The position numbers and the translations under genes are program-made. From contig JAFCCO010000001.1 in the NCBI GenBank assembly GCA_017610175.1, positions 64,001-128,000 of the forward strand: a DNA stretch of 64,000 nt, read 5' to 3'. The notes under the pieces were generated by a model. It worked only from the letters and a program-made list of their open reading frames with translations. It ran no database searches and had not been told where the DNA came from. Positions 9,757 to 19,485 of the stretch are shown here, one piece after another; position 1 is the first letter of the stretch, and each line of letters begins with the position of its first letter. The stretch is from Candidatus Iainarchaeum sp. (lineage in GTDB: Archaea > Iainarchaeota > Iainarchaeia > Iainarchaeales > GCA-2688035).

Positions 9757-10019
9757 CCCTTTTCCTCCATGTATTTTGAAATGAAAAGTGTTGAAACAAA
9801 TGTAAGCATTGCGTAAATTATTGCAACGTCTATGAAAATTATCTGGTTGAAAGCGGTTCCAAGCACAACAAGGGCTGCGGCTATAACTGTGTTGGTTGTG
9901 TCAAGTGCGACCGCACGGTCCGCTGTTGTGGGCCCAAGTGCAAGCCGTGCAATGCATATTATTGCAAGAACCGCAAGAATTGCTGCTGTAAAAAATAAGG
10001 TTATTCCCATTTCAATCAT
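9753..10019 (-). CDS. mbhB: Mbh subunit B (MrpF-like)
   Basis: GPTTADRAVALD and FIDVA motifs. Confidence 0.92.
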   Translation of the reverse strand: MIEMGITLFFTAAILAVLAIICIARLALGPTTADRAVALDTTNTVIAAALVVLGTAFNQIIFIDVAIIYAMLTFVSTLFISKYMEEKG

Positions 10020-10525
10020 TCGGCAATTCTCCTAATCCAGTCCGGAAAGTTGGAGCATATGTCTCCGCAGTCCGGTTCCTTTTTCTTTACATAAATCCAG
10101 TGCACGTAAAGATTCTTTTTGTCGTCAACGTCAACTGTTAGCGTGCCAGGTGTTAATGTTATTGAGTTTGCAAGAAGGGTTGTTCCAAAATTTGTTTTAA
10201 GCCCTGACGGGATTTTCACAATTCCTGGTTTTATTTTTCCGGTTAGGACCCTGTAAGCAACATCCAGATTGGCTTTTGCCATTTCAACAAAAAGGGGACC
10301 TGCCACATATGCAATCAGCAAAACCCATCTTTTGGGGCTTAGGAAAGATTTGTTTGGCTTTAGTCCAACCGCATTAAAGATTCTTGACACAAGGGCGGCG
10401 GAAATTACCGCAAAAAGCAGTGCAAATACAAGTTCTTCGCCGGACCAAAGGCCGAGGTTTCCTGAACCCGCACTTAAGGCAAGATAAAAAAGAAATGAAA
10501 ACACAACAGTTATTTTAAAAGACAA
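10016..10525 (-). CDS. mbhA: Mbh subunit A (MrpE-like)
   Basis: ANLDVA, PGIV, LANSITLTPGTLT and LYVHWI motifs. Confidence 0.92.
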   Translation of the reverse strand: MSFKITVVFSFLFYLALSAGSGNLGLWSGEELVFALLFAVISAALVSRIFNAVGLKPNKSFLSPKRWVLLIAYVAGPLFVEMAKANLDVAYRVLTGKIKPGIVKIPSGLKTNFGTTLLANSITLTPGTLTVDVDDKKNLYVHWIYVKKKEPDCGDICSNFPDWIRRIAE

Positions 10526-10592
10526 GAAATTCCACCCTACCCCAGATTGACTTAATACAATTAATCTTTAAAATGCCTGCCTTCTCTGCGAT

Positions 10593-11332
10593 TCACTCTC
10601 CGAATGCAAGTTTCAGTGCGAGCATGAACCCAATTCCAAAAAGGAAGAATATAAAGTAACCAATTGTCTTGTGAATGTTGTTTTCACGGTGGAATTCTGG
10701 AACAAGGTCTGAGGCTGAAATGTAAATGAATCCTCCCGCCGCAAATGGAAGCAGGATTTGGGAAAAACCCATTGCTTCGGAAAAGAAGAATCCAACCAGG
10801 CCCCCATAATGCATGTTGTCTGCGAGAGAAAATTGTAGAAAAGCGCTTTTTTTCTTGAAAACCCGCCGTGAATTAACACACCAAAATCTCCAAGTTCCTG
10901 CGGGAGCTCGTGGCCCATAATAAGCAAAGTGGTAATAATGCCAAAGTTTGTGTTTACCAAAAAGCTTGCCGCAATAATCAGCCCGTCAATAAAATTGTGC
11001 AGCCCGTCACCAATTAGGATGAGCGGTGTTACGGGGTGTGAGCAGTTGCCGTTATGGCAGTGGTGCCAGTGCAGCAGCTTTTCAACCAAGAAGAATGCTA
11101 TGAATCCGACAAGCACTACGGAAAAAACAAGTGTTGTGTCCGCAAAGATTTCAATTGATTCGGCGATAAGGTGAAAAAAAGCCCCGCTGAGCAATGCCCC
11201 TGCAGAAAAGCCGACGAGAGCAAAAATTATTTGTCCAAGCCTTTTCCTGCTCATGGAAAGAGTGAATGCTCCCGCAAGCGCAAGCAGGCTGTTTACAATT
11301 GTTGCTGCCAAAATCCATTCAAGGGGCTCCAT
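10593..11332 (-). pseudogene. ZIP family metal transporter split by a single-base frameshift at about 10801-10805
   Basis: The 5' ORF has GDGLHNFIDG and HELPQELGDFG. The C-terminal TMs (FAAGGFIYISASDLVPE) are in another frame. One extra G in the G5 run of ATGGGGG restores ...CIMGGLVGFFF. Confidence 0.8.
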
Positions 11333-11415
11333 TCAAATCACTTTTTTTTGCTACAAATAATATTACTTTTCTTAATTTAAAGGATTTGTCCCTTCCCTGT
11401 TAAATTATGTATAAG

Positions 11416-12141
11416 TTAGAGCAGGGTTATTGCCAAAAGCACAGCTGCAAATCCTGCAAGAATGGCTGCAGACTTGCCGTGCGGGTTCTCAGTAAGCTTT
11501 GCTTCTGGAAGAAGCTCGTGAACCGAAATAAATGTCATCACCTCTGCCGCAGCCCCCAAAGCCATGCCAAGCATGACGGACGGCATGTCCCGCAACACAA
11601 AGAACCCTATCAGGAACCCAAACAATTCAAACAAAATGGTCCCAAAAACTATTGCAAACGACAGCCTCCGTTTTCCGGTAAGGCTGTAGAGCGGAATCAC
11701 TGTTGCAATATTTTCAGGAATGTCCTGCAAAGCAATTACCAAGGCAATCAATATTCCAAGGCTTGGCTCAAGCGCAAAGCCAATTCCAATCGCAAGCCCT
11801 TCCGGGATATTGTGCAATGCAATTCCAATAACCAGCATTGCAACGCACCTAACCATATTCTCCTCTTTTTTGCAGAATTCAGGGTGAAGGTGCGGCAGAA
11901 TTTTGTCCAAAGCAAGCACAATTGAGGTGCCCAAAGCAAATCCGATTAGGACAAAGATTGCGGAAGCGCTTTCAAGGGCCTCCGGAATTAATTCCATTAG
12001 GGAAATTCCAATCATCATTGATGCGGCAAACGCAAGGGAATAGCGCAAAAATTTTTCACTTGGCTTTTTCAGCAAGCCGATTCCCGAACCCAAAAGCTAC
12101 CCAAAGAAAATTAGAAAAATGATAATCCAAAACTGGTCCAC
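11416..12141 (-). pseudogene. ZIP (ZupT/GufA-like) metal transporter with an in-frame TAG at codon 15
   Basis: HNIPEGLAIG, LQDIPE and ELLPEA motifs. The frame extends upstream of 12093 through TAG (12097-12099) to GTG at 12141: MDQFWIIIFLIFFG*LLGSGIG, which completes TM1. Confidence 0.75.
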
Positions 12142-12213
12142 GGATTCATCGCCTGCCTAACTCAATTGATAACCAATAAGGTAATATATAAGAAGTGCAT
12201 TATTTTTCATAGC

Positions 12214-13944
12214 ATGTTCAAAACCTATTCAAAGATAGTTCTGATTGCATTTTCGCTGCTTTTGGCAGCCAATGCCTTTGCGGTAACGCTCGAATATGAC
12301 GGGTCTGTAATAATTGACCTGCCGCAGGACCGATTTTACGGCGGCGACACGGTAAATGCATCAATACTGATTTCAAATTCAGAGGACTTCCCCCTTGCAA
12401 ACGCCTACCTTGTGCTCGAAATCGTGAAAGGGGAGTATTATTACCCTTCCCAAAAGCTCAACTCAAACAATGTAATTTATGAGGAAATAGTTCGCGGGAT
12501 AAACCTTGCCCCCGGTGCCAGCAAGACAATTCCCTTCGCCTTTGAGCTGCGCAACGACCTTGATGTTGGAATTTACAGAATAGACGCTTACCTGCAGGAG
12601 GGCGTAACCCCGATTGCAGGAGTCCCCTACATTTTTGACGCACCACACAGCGCATATTTTGTGTTCAACGGAACGGACGGAGTTGAGCCCGAATTCCCGG
12701 TGGCAAAAATAGTGCGGCCCAGAACGGCATTCAACGACACAACCGGGCCTGTTGGTGCCCCTGCAGAGCCAAACTCAATGGTTGGCGCAAACATTTTTGT
12801 GGAAAACACATCAAATGCCAAAGTTTCAGGATTGGTTCTCAACCTTGTAATGTGCGAATGGAACGACACAGTCTGTGAAACGGAATTGTGGACACACAAA
12901 GTTGCAATTGGCGAAATTGCCGCAGAAGACGAGGCAGTTGTTGAACTTCAGGTTCCGGCTCCTGCAATCGCCGACGCATACGCCGTAAAAATGGAGCTTA
13001 ATGATTCCGAGGGAAACCTTCTCTCGCTTTACAGAAACCGCATCATTGTTGCGGGCGAAACCAAAAAAATAAGAAAGCTTTACGTAAACGATTATTACTT
13101 TGAAGAAGGGGACACGGTAACAATTAGTGCGGTAATCGGGCCAAGCCCTGACCACTACAATGACAGCCCTGTGCTTTACGGCGCAGAATTCAAAATAAGC
13201 GTAATTGACCTTGAAACCAACGGCCCAGTATTTGAGCAGTCGCTTGACCTAACCCCTGCCGAAGAACTCTACCTTGAAAGGGAAGTTTCCTTTCAAGCAG
13301 ACCGCGAACTTACTAAATTCAGAGTATGCGGCGTAATTGAAAAAGCAGGAGTTGAGCACGAAAACTATTGCTTTGATTTGTACAGTGAACAATTTGTGCA
13401 GGGCAGCCAAAGCGAAATAAGTGTTGACTGGAGTTACAATATTGAAACAAGCTCACTTTTACTGCAGTTTTGCCCGCAGGACATAGCGGGGGCAAGCCAG
13501 TTGCTTAACGCAAGGTATTACCTTTCAGACAGCAAAGGAAATTTGGTTGCCGAAGCCCTTGCGGAGTCTGACGCCTGCCTTGAGCAGGAAATAAAATACG
13601 TGAAGAAAGAGAAGCACAGCCTGCTTGTTCTGAATACGATTAATTTCGAGCAGCAAAAGACCGAAATAGACATTCCGGCATATTTGAAGTCATGCATCAA
13701 TGTGGACTGCTCTGATAATGTTGCATGCACCGCAGACAGTTGTGTAGACGGGGAATGCATCCACGCCCCACTCGCAGAAGGGGCTTCATGCGGCAGTGGA
13801 ATGGCCTGCAAAAGCGGCGAATGCAGACCGCTCACAAGCTTTGAAATGCTTACCCCTATATTTATCCCGTTGTTTGCCCTAATTGGCATAGCATTAATTG
13901 CATTTGTGGGCTACAAATATTACAAAAAGAGGGGAAAAGAATGA
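12214..13944 (+). CDS. Secreted, membrane-anchored surface protein with Ig-like domains, a Cys-rich module and a C-terminal TM
   Basis: Signal peptide MFKTYSKIVLIAFSLLLAANAFA; acidic beta-rich body; CINVDCSDNVACTADSCVDGEC...C..C...C; TM plus YYKKRGKE tail. Confidence 0.8.
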   Translation: MFKTYSKIVLIAFSLLLAANAFAVTLEYDGSVIIDLPQDRFYGGDTVNASILISNSEDFPLANAYLVLEIVKGEYYYPSQKLNSNNVIYEEIVRGINLAPGASKTIPFAFELRNDLDVGIYRIDAYLQEGVTPIAGVPYIFDAPHSAYFVFNGTDGVEPEFPVAKIVRPRTAFNDTTGPVGAPAEPNSMVGANIFVENTSNAKVSGLVLNLVMCEWNDTVCETELWTHKVAIGEIAAEDEAVVELQVPAPAIADAYAVKMELNDSEGNLLSLYRNRIIVAGETKKIRKLYVNDYYFEEGDTVTISAVIGPSPDHYNDSPVLYGAEFKISVIDLETNGPVFEQSLDLTPAEELYLEREVSFQADRELTKFRVCGVIEKAGVEHENYCFDLYSEQFVQGSQSEISVDWSYNIETSSLLLQFCPQDIAGASQLLNARYYLSDSKGNLVAEALAESDACLEQEIKYVKKEKHSLLVLNTINFEQQKTEIDIPAYLKSCINVDCSDNVACTADSCVDGECIHAPLAEGASCGSGMACKSGECRPLTSFEMLTPIFIPLFALIGIALIAFVGYKYYKKRGKE

Positions 13945-16481
13945 GTTTCAAAAACGCAATTGCAACAATGCTGATGCTTGTGCTTATTGCAGGATTTGCA
14001 TTTGCCGACAATGAAGAGCCTGAAGCACAAAACGTTTACATAAGCCCCTCAAACCCTACAACTTCTGATGACCTTACCTGCAACTACACTTACTTTGATG
14101 AAGACGGTGACTCGGAGGGTGACACCGAGATAAAGTGGCAAATGGATATGGGCTGGGGATGGTGGAACCAGCGCGATTATGATGACCTGCAGGTTTTGCC
14201 ATCATCCGCAACAGGAGTATATTCCTCTGAGGATTGGAGATGCCGTGTAAGGCCCATCGCACAGACGGGTGATAAGCGCGGAGACCGCGAAGAAAGCAAC
14301 TCGGTTACAATCTCAAACCAAGAGCCTGTTGCAAGAATAAATGTGGACAGGACAAGCGCAATAACCAATCAAAACTTTAACCTTGATGCAACCACCTCAA
14401 CAGATGCAGAAGACTGCCCAAGCGGGGGGGACTGCGGAGATCTTGATTATGAGTGGGAAGCAAAATGCTCGGATTCATGGTGCAATTGGAGTGACATTGG
14501 GGACGGTGCGACAATAAGTGAAAGTTTTTCGTCGCCCGGCACCAAAAGAATAAGATTAACTGTTGAGGACCAGCAGGGCCAAACAGACAGGGATGAAATA
14601 GAAGTAACGGTTTTGAGAAGCTATTCCTGCAATTATTCGTCATTTGGGCCACTGGATTATGACCCATCGGCACCGTGGGATGACGTAATTGCATTGCACC
14701 CAAATTATTCAATTCCTGAGGTGACCAGCATTGAGGTAACCGGCCACGATTTCAGAGTGGGCGGCTGGTTTAAATATGCGGGCATAAAGGCCGAAGTGTG
14801 GAGTGGCGGAACAAAAATAAGGGAATTCAACAACAGGTCAAGTTCTTTTCCGGTCTATACCCAGACAATGACAATTGACTTCAGCTCCGGCGTATTTTTA
14901 CCAAACCAGTCTTACGCAGTAAAAATTTTCAGGAAAAAATGCATCTCTGTTATTGGGACAAGCAGGGACGACGCATACGAAAACGACTACTTTGCAAATT
15001 CACACTCATGGGAACTTGTTGAACAGATAAATGTGTTCCTGGAGGATGAGCGTGTAAATTTTACATGCAGCAATTTCAATTACCAGGCTTCGATGAATTT
15101 TAACAAGCCGGCTGTAAACGATCCCGCACTCGGAGGCATAGTAATTGACGACACCACAAACCTTAACATAAGCAATTTTGGAACATTTGATTCATACTGC
15201 TTGGACGGTGTTCCTGGCTCGGGCTTTAAGTACGTTGCAAGGGCAAGTCTCACCGAAGCAGGGGGCACAACAAACACATACTACAACACAACCATAAAAC
15301 CCGACGGGTGCTTCAACGAGCCCGTGGCAAACAGTTCAATTTTAATCCCCTTTGCATCGCTTGGGAAAGGTGTTTACACACTTGCAATAGAGGCACTCTC
15401 CTGCCAACAGATTGAGGAAATCGGTGTTCACGGCTGGCAGGCATTCAAGAATGGTTATTACTGCAGTTCAGAGCCGTGGGTTTGGGGCAGCACACAGCCA
15501 ACCCTCAACCTTGAGCAGGCCAATGGGGACGGGGAAATACTAAATTTTGCGGGCCCGCTTCCATCAATTATAGTTAATGTTTTTGACCCGAATAATATGC
15601 AGGCAACGATTAGTGGGGGCAACCGTTTATTCTTCTTTACCCCATTCCTAAATGATGCCCAGCAGCTTGATTTGGATTGGATACTAACAAACACAAGCAC
15701 GGACAACCGCTTTGACATAAGGATTACCAGTGTAAACTTTGCTGCAGCCAGGTGCCCGTTTGGGGCGTGCGCAACAAGTTCAATTCCATTTGACCTCGAC
15801 GAAATCGGGGAAGAGGGGTCAGTGCTTGAGGCAGTAACTGTAACACTCCAGACCTATTTGGATAATGTAAGCGATACTGAAACAACAATTGATTACGCTG
15901 TGCAGGTAACATATGATGATGCATTTGGGCTTTCAACAATTCCCCCAAAAACACTGACAGACACAGTTACGGTAACTTTTGTGCCACCCCCGTCTGATGT
16001 GCTGCTGGTGAGGGACATTAAGATTCTGCCGCAGGAAACACTCAGCGAAGACACCGACACTTTTGATGTCGAGGTCGTTGTTGAAAACTTCAGCGGGGCA
16101 AGTTTTGTTGTTCCGGTTCAGCTAACCATTCTTGACCCGATTACTAACAGGGAAATAACCCTAACCCAAACTCTCCCCGCCAATATGCAGTGGACAGACG
16201 TTATTCCGGACAACTCTGTTGGAAGCGATGCGGTAACAGTGTCCTTTAGCGGGATTGTAATTGACGGCGAACCAGAGTTTTTGGCAGGAAAAAGCTACTG
16301 GGTTAAGGCAGAGTTAACAAACCCTGATGCAGAGAAAGTGACTGTAAACGACGAGAAAAAGGCTTTGCTTAAGATTCTTGAAACCGGCAGGGAACCGGTT
16401 TCGGTTCCGGGCATGAACCTTGCATCAATTGCATTTGTTGCGTTTGCGGTTCTTGCAATTTACTCACTGCACAGGAAATAG
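13941..16481 (+). CDS. Large secreted surface protein with a PKD-like domain and a C-terminal sorting-type tail
   Basis: Signal peptide; NQEPVARI...LDATTSTD...YEW...FSSPGTKRIRLTVED PKD pattern; ends VPGMNL-TM-HRK. Confidence 0.8.
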   Translation: MSFKNAIATMLMLVLIAGFAFADNEEPEAQNVYISPSNPTTSDDLTCNYTYFDEDGDSEGDTEIKWQMDMGWGWWNQRDYDDLQVLPSSATGVYSSEDWRCRVRPIAQTGDKRGDREESNSVTISNQEPVARINVDRTSAITNQNFNLDATTSTDAEDCPSGGDCGDLDYEWEAKCSDSWCNWSDIGDGATISESFSSPGTKRIRLTVEDQQGQTDRDEIEVTVLRSYSCNYSSFGPLDYDPSAPWDDVIALHPNYSIPEVTSIEVTGHDFRVGGWFKYAGIKAEVWSGGTKIREFNNRSSSFPVYTQTMTIDFSSGVFLPNQSYAVKIFRKKCISVIGTSRDDAYENDYFANSHSWELVEQINVFLEDERVNFTCSNFNYQASMNFNKPAVNDPALGGIVIDDTTNLNISNFGTFDSYCLDGVPGSGFKYVARASLTEAGGTTNTYYNTTIKPDGCFNEPVANSSILIPFASLGKGVYTLAIEALSCQQIEEIGVHGWQAFKNGYYCSSEPWVWGSTQPTLNLEQANGDGEILNFAGPLPSIIVNVFDPNNMQATISGGNRLFFFTPFLNDAQQLDLDWILTNTSTDNRFDIRITSVNFAAARCPFGACATSSIPFDLDEIGEEGSVLEAVTVTLQTYLDNVSDTETTIDYAVQVTYDDAFGLSTIPPKTLTDTVTVTFVPPPSDVLLVRDIKILPQETLSEDTDTFDVEVVVENFSGASFVVPVQLTILDPITNREITLTQTLPANMQWTDVIPDNSVGSDAVTVSFSGIVIDGEPEFLAGKSYWVKAELTNPDAEKVTVNDEKKALLKILETGREPVSVPGMNLASIAFVAFAVLAIYSLHRK

Positions 16482-16907
16482 CTAGAGTTCCTTCTCCATT
16501 CGGATATGCAGTGTTCCAATTTTTGAATGCTTAAACAGCTTTCCGGTGGATTTGTAACCAAGCTGTTTGAAGAACTTTTTCGCGTGCTTTCTTGAATTTA
16601 CATAAATGGCCTTCACACCCTTTCTTCGCGCACGCTCTTCAAGCTTTTGGACCGTTTTGCTTCCGATTCTGCGGTGCCTGAATTTTCTCTTGACAGCGAC
16701 GTACTGAATGTGGCTCTTTCCCCTTTCAATTGAAAGGGTTCCGGTTCCAACTGCTTTGCCGTTTAGAACTGCAACCAGGGGAGTTTGGTTCTTTTTAACA
16801 ACCGGCTTTTCGCGCGGAAAGCCAATGTATCTGTGAAGCAAATCATATCGCATTTCAAACATTTCGCTGGCTTCAGCTTTTCCGCGCGGTTTTCCTATCT
16901 TAAACAT
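16482..16907 (-). CDS. GNAT family N-acetyltransferase (very basic)
   Basis: VAVKRKFRHRRIGS acetyl-CoA motif A; AKKFFKQLGY; HIRMEK. Confidence 0.85.
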   Translation of the reverse strand: MFKIGKPRGKAEASEMFEMRYDLLHRYIGFPREKPVVKKNQTPLVAVLNGKAVGTGTLSIERGKSHIQYVAVKRKFRHRRIGSKTVQKLEERARRKGVKAIYVNSRKHAKKFFKQLGYKSTGKLFKHSKIGTLHIRMEKEL

Positions 16908-16960
16908 TAAAATAAGTTAGCGGGAAAAAGAAGAAAAAGGTAACAGACAATTACTTGGAC

Positions 16961-18361
16961 TCACCCTTGGGTGGTTGGTTTGGCTTTTGCAGGCGACTTT
17001 GCACTCTTCTTCTTAATCAGATAGAATGCTGCGCCCGCAGCAACTGCGACACCAACTACAATAATTAGGATGTTGTCAATCAGGAACTCTGTAATTTTAA
17101 ACTTGCCTTTTTCCTCGCTTACAATCACATTGTATTCAAGTTCGCCCTCTGGAACATCTTTTCCAAATGCAACAAGCTCGTAGTTTCCTGGGTGAGGCTC
17201 GTTCATTTTAATCATGACCATGTTTTCATTTTTGACAAGAGTGTACTCTGATTCAGGAACAATGTTTCCTGCTCCATCCCTTAGTTTCAGGTCAAGCTCA
17301 CTGCCCGGCCAGTTAAGTGTAATCAAGAGTTCCCCTGTGTCGTATCCGATTTGCAAAGTTCCAATTACCTTTTCCTCTCCCTGCAAAATGGAACCAAGTG
17401 CCTTGAAAATAATTGAATTCCCTAATCCTGTGTGCCCACTGAGAATAAATGAGAGTGAAAGCTCGTTTGATGTTGCAGCAAAGTTGTAGCTTCCACCTGT
17501 GCTTTCCGCAAGCTCCTGCAAAAGCGCCTTGTCAACCTCGGCCTCAATCATTCCAAAACCGATTGTGTCAATCTTGACATTCTCTTTGCCAGCATTTTTG
17601 GAGTATATTTCAAGAATTGCTTCAGGGTCCCGGCCGGCATTCACTCTTCCATCTGAAAGAAGAACAATGTTGACTTTGGATGAGGGAAGTGCCCCCTCCT
17701 TCCTTGTTTCAAAGGCTTCTTCAAGTCCTGATCCAATATTTGTCCCACCATATGCTTTAAGTGCATCAATTCTCCCGCGAACAGCATTCAAGTCATAGGT
17801 TAGCTTGCTTCTTTCACTGCCTGATCCGCTGAAGCTTATAACGCCGGCGTGTGCATCAGTCCCAAAAACCTGCTCGGCAAGTTCCATCATGTTTATGAGA
17901 TTTAATGCTGCCTTTTTTGCTGAAGAGAGTTTTGAAACACGGTATTCCTTTCCACTCTTTTCAAGGTCGTTCCGCATGGATTCCACAGTTCTTGAAAACT
18001 CATAGTTGGGGTTTTCCCTGCTCAGGTCAGGGATGTCTTTTTTGGTTTCGTCAAGCAAATCAACAGAGCAGGAGCCGCATCCTGCAAAAAACTGGTTTTT
18101 TTCCTCGTCATTGAGGTCGTTTGCAAGGTTTGAAAGCGAAGTCCTGTAATTCTCAAGCTCTTCCTTTAACTCTTCTGGCAATTGCTCCATTTCAAGCGGA
18201 GAAGGGTATGTTGCCCAGTCCATGCTCCCTGAAACATCAATAACAAAAATAGCCATATTCTGAGGGATAGGGACAGGTGCAGTGTTTTCCTCTGCATAAG
18301 TGCCGACTGCAAGCAGGGCAGCAAATGCAATCAATAATGCAAGTAAAATAGTTCGCTTCAT
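16961..18361 (-). CDS. Membrane-anchored vWA-domain surface protein
   Basis: Signal peptide; MIDAS DVSGSM, GGTNIGSGL, LLSDG and TIGFG; C-terminal TM plus Lys tail. Confidence 0.88.
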   Translation of the reverse strand: MKRTILLALLIAFAALLAVGTYAEENTAPVPIPQNMAIFVIDVSGSMDWATYPSPLEMEQLPEELKEELENYRTSLSNLANDLNDEEKNQFFAGCGSCSVDLLDETKKDIPDLSRENPNYEFSRTVESMRNDLEKSGKEYRVSKLSSAKKAALNLINMMELAEQVFGTDAHAGVISFSGSGSERSKLTYDLNAVRGRIDALKAYGGTNIGSGLEEAFETRKEGALPSSKVNIVLLSDGRVNAGRDPEAILEIYSKNAGKENVKIDTIGFGMIEAEVDKALLQELAESTGGSYNFAATSNELSLSFILSGHTGLGNSIIFKALGSILQGEEKVIGTLQIGYDTGELLITLNWPGSELDLKLRDGAGNIVPESEYTLVKNENMVMIKMNEPHPGNYELVAFGKDVPEGELEYNVIVSEEKGKFKITEFLIDNILIIVVGVAVAAGAAFYLIKKKSAKSPAKAKPTTQG

Positions 18362-18415
18362 TCGGTTAAATTAAATGCGAAGCTGCTATTTAAAGCTTGC
18401 TAAAGAAAAAAAGAG

Positions 18416-18544
18416 TCCCTCCTCCCGGATTTGCACCGGGGACCCCTCGGTAACCGCTTTTTTCGCGGCAGCCATTTGGCGCGCTTCCTTGCGGGAGTAT
18501 CAAAAATCTACAGCCGAGTGCTCTAACTACTGAGCTAAGGAGGG
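18416..18544 (-). tRNA. tRNA-Tyr(GTA) with a 56-nt intron (18452-18507) at position 37/38
   Basis: Acceptor stem CCCTCCT/AGGAGGG with C1-G72 and A73; anticodon arm CTCGG-CTGTAG|A-CCGAG; BHB motif from CUGU/GCGG helix plus AGA and UUA bulges. Confidence 0.93.
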
Positions 18545-18578
18545 CTAATGAAATAAGTTCGCACAACGGTTTTAAAGT

Positions 18579-19484
18579 TTATTGCTTGCCTTTTTGCCCC
18601 ACTTTTTCCCAAAGCAGGGGGAAAGCAAAGCTAATCCAGAAGCCCAAGAAAAGCAATGCAACAAAGACCGCGGTTGAAACCTCTCCCTGGAGTGAAAGAA
18701 CTCCGTTCGGGGAAGCAAGCACCGCAGCTCCAAGAATTGCAGCAGAACCAATTCCCCCTGCCGCAAGCTTTGGCAAGCTCTTTGCAAGGCTCTCAGCCAC
18801 TGCATCCATCTCAAGCTCCCTTGCGAGAAAGTAACCAACGTAATAGCCAAGCAAAATTGCGATAAGCGGAAACTCCTTAAGCAAACTTAATGCAAGCAAT
18901 CCTGCCGCAAGCAACCCTGCAATGGCCAAACTGTCCTCAAACTTTGTTGGAACAAAGTGGGCGTGCCGTGTTTCCTTGTTAATCCACAGAAGCCCAAGCC
19001 CTGCAACAACCCCAATTCCCGCCCCTGCAATAACATCGCTTGGGAAGTGTGCGCCAAGGTAGAGCCTTGAAAAGGCTACAAGCGGAACCGCAATCAACAG
19101 CAGCACTCCCGCTCTCTTGTCCAGGAATTTGCGCCAGTATGCCCATGCCGCGGCAATCACTGCAGTGTGCCCTGAGGGAAAGGAGAATCCAATATATGTG
19201 TCCTTTGCAATTACATTGAAAATTGCGGCACTGGGTCTTGGTGTTGCAGCAATGTGCTTTAGCGCGCCGGTTATTGCTCCCGCAAACAGCACTATGTTCA
19301 TTGCATTAAATGCCTTATGCTCTCTGCCGCTCCACTGAAGTACTGCCGCAACAATTATCCAAAAAATCGGGTTTCCAAGAAAAGTTACTGCAAGCATTGC
19401 CTCCGCAAGAAACGGGAGCTGAATTGACTGCACTGCGTAAAGCAGGCTTGTATCCAGCAAATGCAATGCTTCAAGAAAAGGCAT
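18579..19484 (-). CDS. PAP2 family phosphatase (membrane)
   Basis: K...PRP, SFPSGH and SRLYLGAHFPSDV motifs. Confidence 0.92.
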   Translation of the reverse strand: MPFLEALHLLDTSLLYAVQSIQLPFLAEAMLAVTFLGNPIFWIIVAAVLQWSGREHKAFNAMNIVLFAGAITGALKHIAATPRPSAAIFNVIAKDTYIGFSFPSGHTAVIAAAWAYWRKFLDKRAGVLLLIAVPLVAFSRLYLGAHFPSDVIAGAGIGVVAGLGLLWINKETRHAHFVPTKFEDSLAIAGLLAAGLLALSLLKEFPLIAILLGYYVGYFLARELEMDAVAESLAKSLPKLAAGGIGSAAILGAAVLASPNGVLSLQGEVSTAVFVALLFLGFWISFAFPLLWEKVGQKGKQ

Positions 19485-19485
19485 T

